Source: Lytechinus pictus (Eukaryota). From it: a stretch of 64,000 bases of DNA. Made by a program: the position numbers and the translations under genes. Every line of letters begins with the position of its first letter. The stretch's first letter is position 1. The notes under the pieces are model-generated. The model saw only the letters and a list, made by a program, of their open reading frames with translations, ran no database searches and was not told where the DNA came from. The DNA is taken from NCBI RefSeq assembly GCF_037042905.1, contig NC_087246.1, positions 7,442,001 to 7,506,000 on the forward strand. The letters run 5' to 3'. Shown here piece after piece: positions 1-12,900 of the stretch.

Positions 1-511
1 TTCAACATTTTTTTGAAAGTCCAATGTGATGCAAAAAAAAAACAATTATAAAACATGGGAGCACAAAGGTATTGATTTTCTCTAAATCAATGCATAGTTG
101 GAAGAGGAAAAAGGGTTAAAAATTGACAATTCTAAAGGTTTTTTAATTTTGAATTTCGTTAATTGTTATGGTACATATTTTGTGAGTACCCTCAAATTTC
201 TTATGGCAACAGAAGAAATAAAAAGTGTTCACTGTTTCTCAGAAAGAAGTACATCTAAAGACAAGTCCTAGTGGTTGATTCTTCATGAATATTTTGATCT
301 ACAGTTCAATGAGTAGCCTATATGATAATGAACCATTTGGTTATGTTGATTGAGGTTGTCACACATAGATTTGTTTGATGCTTGTCTTATAATATACATT
401 TTAAATGTAAAACTGAAATTCCAAATATGTATTTTTTTTTCTTTTTTTTTTTTGAATTCAGGTACTACTTTATGATTAGCTTTAAAAAAATTTCTTTGTT
501 TTTTAATACAG

Positions 512-594
512 GATACTTTGCATACGATCTTCTTGATTTGATGGCTCATAATGCTTTCTCAAATGCTTGGCCACTTTACACACACCATCTTGTG
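512..594 (+). CDS. Internal coding exon of a TLC-domain protein (TLCD1/TLCD2-like)
   Basis: Acceptor tttaatacag| at 509-511 and donor |gtaagt at 595. Translates (G)YFAYDLLDLMAHNAFSNAWPLYTHHLV, with the TLC-family GYFxYD and HH motifs. Ends in phase 0, matching exon 7109. Confidence 0.85.
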
Positions 595-699
595 GTAAGT
601 AAATAGGGAAAGGCTACTTTTCTGTATTGCATAACAATATTTTAATAATATCACAGCACAAATGGAAAATAAAGGGCATAACAAAAGAACTCCATTAAG

Positions 700-1098
700 A
701 GAGGCATTCAGGTCATGAGTTGCAGGTCACATGATCAAGGTAAAATATCATTTAGATCATGTTTTTGTATCAATATCAAAAGTAAAATCAAGGTTCAGAT
801 TTTGATTTTTTTAAAGATAGTTTGCAATTATACCTGTATTTTTAGTACCTGTATTTTTAGACTTATAAAATGGTTATAAGGTTGCAGCAAATGGACAAAT
901 GTAATTTCAGGTCACTGGACAAAGGTCAAAGGTCATTTGGTGTCTATGATCCTTTTCATTATCAAATGAATGGGAGTATTATTGTTACTCTTTTTTTTTT
1001 GAAAAATATTTTTGTACAAAAGTTTTTTCAAAGTCAGCACTGCTGCTATATTGAATTGCATAATACAGGTGAGACTGCCCGAGGTCTTCCATTTGTTT
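700..1098 (+). mobile_element. Decayed 3' part of a HINE/Helentron-like repeat (same family as 36433, 45333 and 60454, opposite orientation)
   Basis: Ends caggtgagactgcccgaggtcttccatttgttt, the reverse complement of the family end acaagtggaatgcctctggcggtctcgcctg. Contains aggtcaaaggtca repeat remnants. Confidence 0.6.
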
Positions 1099-1106
1099 AA
1101 ATAACT

Positions 1107-2420
1107 TTGTTATACCCCGCCAAACAAAGTTTGAAAGGAATATATACATTGTAGAAATCAGTGTACAGTCGGGCGGATGGTAGGTTGGTTTGTCAGTCGT
1201 TCCGTTACAAATCTTGCGCATCGAACTACTTCCTCAGTTTTAAACCAATTCTCATGAAACTTGGCACACATATTGGTGTTGGGGTAAAGATATGCAAGAC
1301 ACATATTTTGTATGTGTCAGAAATTGTGTTGCCATTGTAATGGTATATTATAGCAATTAAGATAAAAATCTTGCAGTTCAAACTTCTTCCTCATTTTTTA
1401 AAACAATTCTCATGAAATTTGGCACCCACATTGGACTTGAGGTAAAGATGTGCAAGAGATATAAAATGTGTGTGTCAGAAATCATGTTGCCATGGTAACA
1501 ACATATTATATGGTGAAAATTGGGTAAAAATCTTGCGGTTTGAATTACTTCATCAATTTTCAAGCAATTCTCATGAAATTTGGCTCATGCATTGGTTTCG
1601 AGGTAAAGATGTCCGAGACACATAGTTTGTGTGTGTCGGAAATTGAATTGCCAAGGTAATGGTTAATTATGGCAAAAAGACAGTGAAAATCTTGCAGTTC
1701 AAAGTTTAACTACTTCCTCAGTTTGTAACCAATTCTTATGAAATTTGGCACACACATAGGTCTTGAAGTAAAGATATGCAAGACATATTTAATGTGTGTC
1801 AGAAATCATGTTGCCATGGTAATGACATACTATATGCCCAAAATTAGGTAAAAATCTTGTGGTTCATTACTTCATAAGTTTTCAACCAATTCTCATGAAA
1901 TTTAGCTCATACATTGGTCTTAAGGTAAAAATGTGCAGGGCATATTTTTCCATGTGTTGGAAATGATGTTGCCATGGTAACAACATATATGTAAAAAAAA
2001 TGGGCAAAAATCTTGCAGTTGGAACTACTTCATCTGTTTTTAACCAATTCTCATGATATTTACATGTAGCTCACACATTGGTCTTGGGGTAATACTAGTC
2101 AAGACTTTTTTTCGTGTGTTGGAAACTGTTGCCATGGTAACGGGATACTGCCCCGGGGGGGGGGGGGCAGTCAAATGTATTGCTGTACACACGCATGGCC
2201 AAGTTATTTCCATACACCCCCTAAACAAGTTTTCTCTGAGTGCAAAATAACCCCCTTTTTTGAAAACTGTGTTTTTGATACCCTTAACGAGTGCATGCAA
2301 AAAACGCCCTTGAAACTAGTTTTTTGGTCACGTGTGTGTACAGCAATATATTCGACTGCCCCCCCCCCCCCCGGGATACTGCGGAGGGTATTGATCACAT
2401 CTAATGATAGTTCTAGTTTT
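1107..2420 (+). mobile_element. HINE/Helentron-like non-autonomous element with ~160-bp internal tandem repeats
   Basis: Subterminal inverted repeat tatacccc(gc) / gcggagggtat. About 6 tandem units (aattctcatgaaa at about 1247, 1405, 1566, 1731, 1888, 2046). T-rich ends. Confidence 0.65.
2152..2374. mobile_element. CCCGGG-poly(G)-ended MITE with 8-bp TSD (hAT-like)
   Basis: ~50-bp TIRs (ccc(g)n-cagtcaaatgtattgctgtacacacg / cgtgtgtgtacagcaatatattcgactg-(c)n-gg). TSD gatactgc at 2144-2151 and 2375-2382. Confidence 0.85.
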
Positions 2421-2965
2421 CGTTGAATATAAAAGATTAGTTTTCAATGTGCTTAATGTTTTCCTCTTTGTGACTGCCACTCTCCCAGAGTGTGTTCATC
2501 CAAGTATTGATCATGTAGGACCTACAATGTGCATAATTGATGCAAGCATGAGTGAACATCATCTGATGCAAATTTGCATCACAGTGTTCAAATCATGATT
2601 TTTTATGACTACTCCCCTGGGGTGTATTCAACTTCTTAGATATACAATCAATACATATTGTACTCTGGATACTCATTTAAATGATGCAGAACTTGAACTT
2701 GTTTGCAAGGTCTTGCATTAGTTTTGCATGTGTAAGTGAAAGAGGTCTGAAGGTTGTGTACATCATAATTCAAATTTCGTATCCCATTCTATGTACTAAT
2801 ATGTTAGCTTTATTTCCAAAAATGTCTGTTCATATGTGTCTCAGATTACTGCAATTTCGCGACAATTGTGGTATTTTTAGGGAGTTGTATGAACCTTACT
2901 TAACAATACATGTAAGATAACCACGCACATAAAATGAACATGTATAGAAGCAAAATACTAGTATA

Positions 2966-4586
2966 CATGGTTGGCAGATTTAAATCACTACGATTTTTTT
3001 TTGTAAGTCATTGATTTAAATCACTTCCATTGAAACATGTTCAAGAATTGACAATTTTTTTTTTGGCAGTTTAATTATTTTGACTCAAAAGAAGAAGATT
3101 TTATCAAGTTGATATTCAAAACATGAATAATCCTTCATATCTACTCAGAGCAATTGAAATTAAGTCAATAAAATCAGGTTAATCTCACAAAACCAAAGAT
3201 TTACATGTACATGTAGCTTATAAGTGGTTAACACAAAGACCCCTACTCTACTTGGACTTTCAAAATTTTCCCTGTAAAAACTTTTCTTTGTTGATAGTAA
3301 AACAAAGTTATTGTTTCTTTATGTCCAAATCCAACAGTGTTTTTAGAGGACAGTTTTTAATAAGATATAAGAGTAAAGGGTTATTGGCAGTCGTACATAT
3401 TGCTCTCCAACACCGACAATTTGTTCATATCTATCCATAGCAATGGCACTTCGGAACAAAAAAAATGTAAAAATTGAAAATGAGGAATTTCAAAAAGTAA
3501 CCCTGAACTTTTAAGCCTGAATTCCATCAGAGATTTTTGTCAGGATGGGTTTGAACCAAGGCCTGTTCAGACCTTCTGTATACGATTATGTTTCATTCAG
3601 CTGGTACACTGAGAACGGTTCAGTAATACATGTATAGAAAATGTATGCATTTTCTTGGCAAAAGGACACTAAATCATGGCAACAACCATAAATTTAGTGC
3701 ACTTTGCCAAAAGTGAGCATTTATTTTTGTACATTCCTCCATGAATGTGTTGAATTGAGTGCAATAATACATCAAATCTGCATTGTCCCTGGTAACCCAT
3801 AGTTCAATATATTATTTTTTTACATGTATTTAAATAGATACACTCTAGTAATGTTGTAGCTGTAGAACCTGTTTTCTTAGTTTTTGCAAAACTGCTAATA
3901 ACTGTCAAATACTAATATTCAGGTTTATTGTAAAAGAAATCATTCAGATCCACTTGCAACTTTTTTTCCCAATCAGTCTGAGCTTTGCAGGTCAATGCTT
4001 TAAAACAGTCAAAGAGTTCCAACTATGGCTCAAAGAACAAAGGAGGTTTACACAAACAAAAAATAAATGCAGTTTTCTTTAAAATGATCTTCAGTCCTTG
4101 GCTCGAAAATAAAAAATATTTCTCTTTAGAGAATGTGAGTCTCAGAGTCATGGAAATTCTTCCAAAGAAATCGATCCTCGTTTCATGTAAAGAGCTTGAA
4201 TAGGAATACCAACTATGCAGCATGAGCTACCAAGATAGTTCATCAACTTGGATTGAACCAGTTACATGTAGTAGGAGCTCTCTACATCAGAGGATGCAGA
4301 CAGAGCAGAAAATGCAAGCATCTTCATGATTTTCATTGATCATCTTCATTGATCTTCAATATTTTCTATTAATTCTATTTTGACTTGATTTAATTATGAA
4401 ATAGAAAGCTAAGAATAGTTTTAGACTTTAGTAGTGAAATGTCTGATTTTAAAATATATGTTATTGTAAAGGATTATATTTATGCCGTTGCACTTTGTTT
4501 TAAAAATGTTTGTTTAAAAAAAATATATTAAAAATCCAATTTAAATTAAAAAATCTGATTTTAATCAAATAAAATTGCCAACCCTG
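2966..4586. mobile_element. Old hAT-like non-autonomous element
   Basis: Termini catggttggca / tgccaaccctg; degenerate 8-bp TSD ctagtata / ctaataaa; subterminal gatttaaatca motifs. Confidence 0.5.
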
Positions 4587-5970
4587 CTAATAAATTTACT
4601 GACCCCCATTCTAGGAAAATGATTTTATGATTTTCATCCATAGATGGCTGATGTACATGAATGGAGACTGCCGAACTGGCACATTATACATGTATATACA
4701 TGTACATGTAGTATCTCGTATCAAGGAGTTCAATATCAGATCCATAATGTTCTAACTCCTTGGTAATTGAAAAATTGAAATATTTGTGGATAAGACTAGG
4801 CAGACATTTTCCTGTGCTTAAGATATCCATATTCGCAAGACAACAACTAAAAACCTCTTGTCAATGGAAATATAAGGATATCCTCGTACTGAAAGTAATA
4901 ACGATAGTGATCTTCATGCAGACTAAAACATATTACGGCATACTATAAAATACAAATTTGGGTCAAAAGGAAACTTCAGAGAGTCACCTATTGTATTTAT
5001 AAGTTCTTGTATACAGAGGTCAAGCTGAATATTTTCCACTTCCAACTTTTATTCTTGAAAGCAATACATTGTGTGGAGCTTACTTGTGTTGCAATGAACC
5101 CATACATATAATGTTTTTTTAACCATTAATAAAGCAATCATAATTCCTGTGCAAAATCTATCATACTCTTCAGCCTTGGTATTCCCTGGCCAACCGTGCA
5201 TTATGGGTATACAGCACAATGACTGTAAAGACACTCCTTTGTTATGAAACTCCTACGCAAAAATTTCTCTATTTCATCAACCACCCCCCCCCCCATTCCC
5301 AAGTCAAACAGTAAGCCTATGATTACTTTGTGACTACAGTACATGTATTTACAAGAGCTCATGAACTTTGGCTTCTAATCTATGTTATTAAAAAAAATCC
5401 AAGCAGTACACATTTATTTACATTGGCATTACAGAAATGTAGTGAGGATTTTCAAGTTCCTGAAGAACCCTGTGTACCTCTTAAAAATTTCATACTTTCC
5501 CTCTGTTTTTCACACTTTATTCTACATTATATTTTTGTATAGATACATATTTAATATGTTCATGCACCAGTTCTTAACATTTCTGTTATTCTCCATACTA
5601 CACGTACATGTACCTTGTGATGGGTCAGACAAATTTTAGACCTCACATATCCCAAAGTTTAGTAAACAGTATACATGAACACATTCCTGAAAGAACCTAT
5701 TCTCTGAAATAATTGGATACCGTATCATATGTAATTATGTATTGTATTTTTACACTTGGATAATCAGGAGGTATTATTTAATGTGAAATTTTGTTTTTGC
5801 CAAAGTGAGGAATGACTGCAATTAATCAATTCAGACATCAATGATGTCATAATTCTAAAATAGTAATTCAAAAGACCTTTTCATTCAATGATTAACTTGA
5901 CAATTGTTTATTAAATGAAGACTTTTTAGTATAGATGGATCTACTCTCAAGTAAATTTCATTCTACTTAA

Positions 5971-6637
5971 AGGTCAAGTCCATCCCAGAAAAATGTTGAT
6001 TTGAATAAATAGAGAAAAATCAAACTAGAATAACACTGAAAATTTCATCAAAATCGGATGTAAAATAAGAAAGTTATGACATTTTAAAGTTTCGCTTATT
6101 TTTTACAACACAGTGATATGCACAACTAGGTGAGTCAGTCGATGATGTCCATCACTCACTATTCCTTTTGTTTTTTATTGTTTGAATTACATAATATTAC
6201 ATAAAGTTTCACTCATTTTTCACTCAAAACAGTGATCACAATTCGGTGACATGCAAATGAGACGGTCGATGATGTCCTTCACTCACTATTTTGTTTTTTA
6301 TTGTTTGAATTATACAATAGATTTTACAGATTTGACAATAAGGACACTTTGACTGAACCATATACATGTAGTATTAAACAATGCTAATTCCACATGCTCA
6401 GGGAGGAATTAATCGTTGTTTCACTTGACAATGAGGAGAAAATTAGCATAATTATGTCATCAGTCTCCTCATTTGCATTCCGACCAGGATGTGGATATAA
6501 CTGTTTAGTGAATTAAGCAAAACTTTAAAATGTCACAACTTTCTTATTTACATCTGATTTTTATGAAAATTTCAATATTATCCTTGTTGGATTTTCTCTT
6601 TATTCAAATCAACTTTTTTGGGGGGTGGATTGATCCT
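5971..6637. mobile_element. TTAA-targeted MITE (Kolobok-like)
   Basis: TTAA followed by aggtcaagtccatccc...; right end gggtggattgatcct. Long imperfect TIRs (aaatcggatgtaaaataagaaagttatgacattttaaag / ctttaaaatgtcacaactttcttatttacatctgattt). Confidence 0.7.
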
Positions 6638-7108
6638 TGACGTCTACTGTAAATCTTGTATTATTATGACATAATTGGCATCTGGTTTCATTCATTGCAG
6701 CCATGCCTTAATTTGGAGCATATCAAATTTCACAGTTAAGAATACCTTCTGATTATCCAAGTGTAAACATATGCTACATAAGTATGGCATCAAATTATTT
6801 GAGAGAAGGTACTCTTTTAGACAAATATGCAATAGTTTTGTGTTCATGGCATCAGACAATTTTTTTTTTTTGGGGGGGGTCAATTTTGGGGGCTCCATTT
6901 GCAATGTTCATTGGATAATTTTGCCCTGGTTTTAACATGTTTTGCATTGCTCTATATCATCTTGAACCATACTGCTTGAATGTAGTACAAGTTATTATTG
7001 CATTTTGGCTAGATGTGAGATCCCTCTGAAAGAGGTAAGAGATTTTAGCGTCCAGTTCACATTATTTTTTTTTAAATTTGGTTTTCTTTTTCCTCTTGCA
7101 TGTTACAG

Positions 7109-7501
7109 GTACTCTTCCTGTGCTTCACGATCCTCTCTCTCCGCCAGCTGTATGCCACCATAAACATTGCTATGATCCTGGAGCTCAACTCTATCTTTCT
7201 CCATGGCAGACAGCTCCTTCTGATGTGTGGCTTCAGTAAGCAAGATATGGCATACCGGATCAATGCCTTCCTGAATATCTTCAGCTATGTGGTCTGCCGA
7301 ATGGGCTCCATGGGCTTCCTCTGTATCTGGGTCATTGTGACAGAGCAGGCTGTTCCACCAATCATACGCAAGACTGGACCATACACACTAGGTGCCATCT
7401 TTATCATCAACCTGGTTTTATTCTACAGACTAATTGCAAGTGATTTTGGGAAGAAGAGCAGCTCTTCTTCAAAACAAGATGTTGACATCATGGATTCATA
7501 G
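7109..7501 (+). CDS. Terminal coding exon of the TLC-domain protein (TLCD1/TLCD2-like)
   Basis: Polypyrimidine tract and ttacag| acceptor. Translates VLFLCFTILSLRQLYATINIAMILELNSIFLHGRQLL...INLVLFYRLIASDF...MDS*; ELNSIFLHxRQLL is characteristic of TLCD1/2. Several transmembrane segments. Stop TAG at 7499-7501. Confidence 0.9.
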   Translation, partial: VLFLCFTILSLRQLYATINIAMILELNSIFLHGRQLLLMCGFSKQDMAYRINAFLNIFSYVVCRMGSMGFLCIWVIVTEQAVPPIIRKTGPYTLGAIFIINLVLFYRLIASDFGKKSSSSSKQDVDIMDS

Positions 7502-9355
7502 CATCTATTCACTTTATTATCACCAACATGGCTTCCATATGTTTCACATTATGTTTAAGTGTGAGAATTTATGTATGCAGTTTTGATACCTCTTACCACA
7601 GTTAGTGGTGGTTGCCACATGCATTTTTTTTGGTTCTTCTGTTTTGTTTTTTTGTTCTTGCAAACAATAAAGGACTGTTTGATAGATTGACTTTAACTTT
7701 GTCCAAGTGTGCATTTGGGAATGACAATAATTCAAGTAGTTTTGGGAGTATACATGTATATGCAGTTCAAAGGTTGAATGTCAGCATGGTCTTTATTGAA
7801 ATACCTTGTTATTGCGATACATTAAGAAATGCGTGAGGGATCAACTTTAAATGGATCCTGTATCTATGTACATGTATATTGATGGTAAAATGATCTAATG
7901 AAAGTTTGAAGTCAATATCCTAGAGGTTGTTGTAAACCTGAAAATTTCTCTTTCTCACTGTAACCGAAGAACTGCATTAGAAATCAACGTCAACTTGAAC
8001 TCGTGTAAGCACATGAAGAGTGTGATTAGATTTGAGGGTCACTAGGTCATATATGCAAAGGTCAGAGGCTTTTACATGTACATGAAATAAAATTGTTCTT
8101 GGGAATTCTCATTAACTAAGGAACTGACTTCAACTTGACATGTATAGTGTTATTCAGAGGTCACACAATTGAAGGTCAAAAGTCACAGAGATTATTTATT
8201 TGAAGAAAAAGAGATAAGTTAAAGTTGTTTATTTCTAATAAGGCAGAGGCAATTGCATGTAGTCAATTTTGTCTTCATTTTGTCAGAGCTTCCAATATCG
8301 AGTCGCAAGTATTATTCATTTTTTATATTTCAGTTCCTTTTCTGGAAGAGGCTTTTTATGAATACATGTACGTGTATGTGGTAATAGTTTTGGGAATATG
8401 TTTATAGTCTTGATAGTGCAGTATTCAATCTTTCTCTGTTTATTTTTTATTTGTGGTTTAAGACTTGAAGTTGCTATGTACATGTAGAATGTTATACTTT
8501 TATTTTCCTAACATTTTTTTTCCTTCTATGATTAACTACTTCCATTTTGATTTTATTCATTTAATGTTGAATATTCAAACTGTTTGCAGTGGTGCTCAAT
8601 TACGATAATGTTTTGTCTTTCCATAATTACAAACATGTATTTATCCCACAGGTTGTAATACCGGTAATCAATTTGACTTCTGAATTTGCTTTGCATGTAC
8701 AGTAGTATTTCCTTTGCATTTTCAGCTTTGAGAGTAAACATTTAATGTTTTTAGTAGTTTAACCATTGATCAATCCAAAGAAATTTATTATCAGGTGTAT
8801 TTTTGAAGCATATTTATCATTGGGTGAATTTCTACTTTTTGTATACTGAAGATGGAAAATTTAAAATGTTGGGTTTTTTTAATAGTGATATACAGGTGCA
8901 TGTGCTAATACTTCTTTAAGGAGTCTCCTATTTAGAATTTGTGTTTTTTTATTCTGTTTTTGTACATGTATTTATTGTAGTGAATTTGCGAAGAAAAGAT
9001 AGTTTTTTTCAGTCTCTGTGCAAGTCATTGTCTAATGGCATATACCGAACCATGGAACACTGCATGGTCAACATATTCGTACGGATTAAACCCCAAAGAC
9101 ATTGGTTTATTGTCCAGTTGGTATGTGATGTAATGGGTTATACATGTAGGTCAAGTAACTTTTAGTGCCATGGGCTATACACATATACAACTGCTTTTAG
9201 AAACATTGCAGTCAGGATGACTTGTAAATGATTAATTGATGGCTATTATTGATTATTTTTATAATGATAATGATAACATAGGATATTTATTTTGTACACA
9301 TATCCTCTTTATAAGGTGCTGAAAGCGCTCCCATGATCTTGCGCTAGCTAAGCTA

Positions 9356-9972
9356 GGCTGCTGATTTTGATGCTCACAGGCTGGGAAGAATGCCCTGTCA
9401 AAGTTACTGCAGAGATTTGTAATCAATCGTACATGTAACTCTTGAGTGCACAAAATTTCATATAATTACAAATTACAATTGGTGTTAGAAATAAGATTTT
9501 TTAATTCTTTATGGAAATGATGAATTACACTTGAGGGTATGAATTTCTTTTTTTACAACCAATCATGATCTTTGATTAAATCAATAAAGATTAAATAATT
9601 GAAAGATCTCTATTTTTGTATTTGGATAAAAAAGTTAAAAGAAAAAATGTATTTTACAATGTGTTTAATAATGTCTGCCATAATGTATTCCATTATTTAT
9701 ACAATCATGCATATATTCAATTCACAATGCTAAGTTTGTGTGTCTTTGCAAAATCCAATTCTGAAGATATTTTGAATAAAATATTTGTGAGAAATTTGTA
9801 TGAGAGGAACTAATCATGTATCTTAATACGGCAAATGATCGTCAAGATGAAACTGAAAATCCATATTTCATTTTTTTAATAGAAAATCTGAAATAGGCAT
9901 ACTCATTTTGCCCAATTGATTGTGGGCTGCTGATTTTGATGCTCACAGGCAGGGAAGAATGCCCTGTCAAAG
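9356..9972 (+). repeat. 48-bp direct repeat pair (9356-9403 and 9925-9972)
   Basis: ggctgctgattttgatgctcacaggc(t/a)gggaagaatgccctgtcaaag, one mismatch. Confidence 0.85.
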
Positions 9973-12900
9973 ATTGTGGGCCCGGCAACCACTGTAAAAT
10001 GCCAGATCGACATTGACCATATATATATGGAAGTTTAATGGTAGTAGGGTAAGAGGAAAATCTTTAAAGAATCATCTGGAATATTTGAGAAATTTATTTC
10101 AATTTGTAAAAGAGTATCAAGTTTAAATACCACTGAGTTGTATGAGCAATAGGTAGGTGTCTTTGAAATGAACTCATGTACCACCGAGGAATAAAAATGA
10201 TGCTGAAAATTTCTCTGAAAAGTGAGTAGCCATATATCCGTAACCATTTTTTTGTTCTGTCAACTATCCAAAGTCTTTCTATACAACAGGGTTGTACATT
10301 ACTATTCCTCATACCACAAGGCAATTTAAGTATCTTTACGCATGTCTAACACAAAGCAAGGCAGTTTGTAAACTAATTATTTCTTTCAATGCATTAATGC
10401 TCTTTCGTGTTACTAAGTTTTTGTTTTTCTATTGGTTTTATTAAGTATTTATTAATACATTTTTTTATGTATGCATGAAGAGAGTCTCATAATACCCCAC
10501 TCTCATCAGCCATGATTTATACTTCTTTGTGGAGGAAAGGACGTTGGGGTAAACTACTACAAGGTACAATTCTCTTTCATGTATTCTTGTAATTTTCTTA
10601 ACCCAGTAACAAGTGAATTCTCTAATTCCTCTAAGTCCTCTTTTACATATACGTAGTAGGTGGTCTGGGGCGGACGTCGGAGGCAGCTTGACCTATGTGT
10701 AACACCCTCCTTATTCAAAAGCAAGACTGATGCTGGCTCGGACTGAATCCACCTTAAGAAGTGGTTTGAAGGCGGCATTAGTCCTGCCTCAATCCTGTAA
10801 ATGGTACGTGTAACACCCCAATTTCAGACCGGCTAAAACGGTTTTAAAAGCAGAAGTGGTGTTATAGCGAACTGTGCAAAAACAGTGCACGATGTTTATG
10901 AAAAGCCGGGTGACACGTGTCACATGAATAGGTGACATGGAGCTGGCCCTAGTATAGACACACAATTTTGGCCTCAGGCCATTTGTAACAGAGCATAATG
11001 AGCCCATGTGTCCATAATACCTCTGAAAGTTATATCATCTACATTAATATAAAAGCATTATTGCTTTTTCTTAAGTTTCCATTTAAACAATCTTTAACAA
11101 GGTTTTAATTTTTTCGTATTTATATTTTTGTGAATGTCCCTGATGATATGTAACTCACGTTAAGAACCGAAATATAACATTTTTATGGGGCTGTACTTGC
11201 ACTGCCGCATTTTATGCTTGTGAATAAAATAAGTTCTTAATCATCTCTCTGAATCCTTGACAAAATGCAGGTATGGAATTAGCTGAAGGTTATACAAAAC
11301 AAAGAAAAAATGCCTTTTGGCTTTTATAATCATGGCCATATTGCAATTGATTGCCATTTATATCATTTTTAAGCCCAAGAACTTACAACCTGCCAATATC
11401 TAATTTGTTTTTTCTCTCGCTCTCTCTCTCTCTCTCTCTACCTCTCCCCTTCTCTCTCTTACTGTGATAGACTGCTAGGTTTTTTTTGTCACATTGTCAG
11501 TCTGATGTTTTAAAATGTTATGGATTATGTTTGTGATAAAAAATCATATGTGAAGGAATTTACATGGTGTTTCAATATATGTATTATGAGGGTATTGGGA
11601 TATATTTCTTATCTTCAAAAATATAAACTGTAAATTGTAAAACCTTTACTTCTTTACTTAAAAACAAAGCTAAAATCACAATTTTGGGCTCTGCCATTTC
11701 TCCAGATCAGCTCACAACTAAGTATGGCATTTTATATGTTCTACATCTTATAATCTAGCTTGAGGCTGGAGCTTTTGTCTTTTCTGTTACACTAAACATA
11801 GTATATGTAATAACCACTGCCTCCGTCTCATACAAAGTATACATCTAGCAGATTTTAGTGATCATATTTCAAATAGTGAATTTTCTCATTTTGTGTTATA
11901 CATATTGTGATGGGTGACATTTCTGCCATCATGGCCATTGACTCATTGGTGATCAACAAGGGCAAAATAGTATACCTGTACATTGATAATGTTTACATAA
12001 TTTCATTGCATAAAGCAATGTTATTTATTTCTATGTTCAGACATATCACAGAGGCTTATCAAATATCATGTTTTTATTGCATTTCAGAGGTCATTTGACA
12101 AGACCTTGTTCAGTATATGAGTGGAATATTGGCCAGCTTTATGTAGGATGGTTTCATAAGTACTGCCCTCTTGCTTCAAAAAAAAAATGGAGTGTTTCAT
12201 AAATATATAGTTATGAATGATTTCACAGATAACTGAAATATGGCAAGCCAAATGTGATATTTTGTCACTTCAAATTATAATGTTGACCATGTAAATGAAT
12301 TGGCAGGTTATCTACTGTGTTGCGATCATATATAAAGTCATTCTCCTACAAATAAACCTTGTGATACACCCCATGAATTTAGTCATAAACAACTGAATTG
12401 AATTGTGATTATCCTCATAATGTCGATACAAGAAGAATTGTATTTATATATTGTGTTTATGAAAAAATTGAGTGTGAGTTGAAATGAAAATTAGGGCACA
12501 GGATATGTAGTCTTTACTGTCTCATAAATCATTTCATCTTGATTTGAACCGCCTTTTGCCTGTAGTTCATGTTGTTTAGTTAATTTTTTAGTGATGCAAA
12601 TTTTATTTGCTACTTTATTACAATGTCAAGAAGGTTTGATGTTGACTATCATTTTATATGTTAGATGTAAAATCTATTTATTTGAATTCTTTATTGATAG
12701 AAGCAGCTGCATTGTGCTTCCTCTTAAACATAGACCTTGAATATTAGTGGCTGTATATTATTTCTTTTTATATTTATTTATTGTCTTCCATACCAAGGAA
12801 GTCTTTGGGATATCTCCATATATAACCCTTGTCACATTTTTTGAATGGATAAAATCCATTTTGTATTTTTATCATATATAGTGAAATTTGGAAATAAAAC

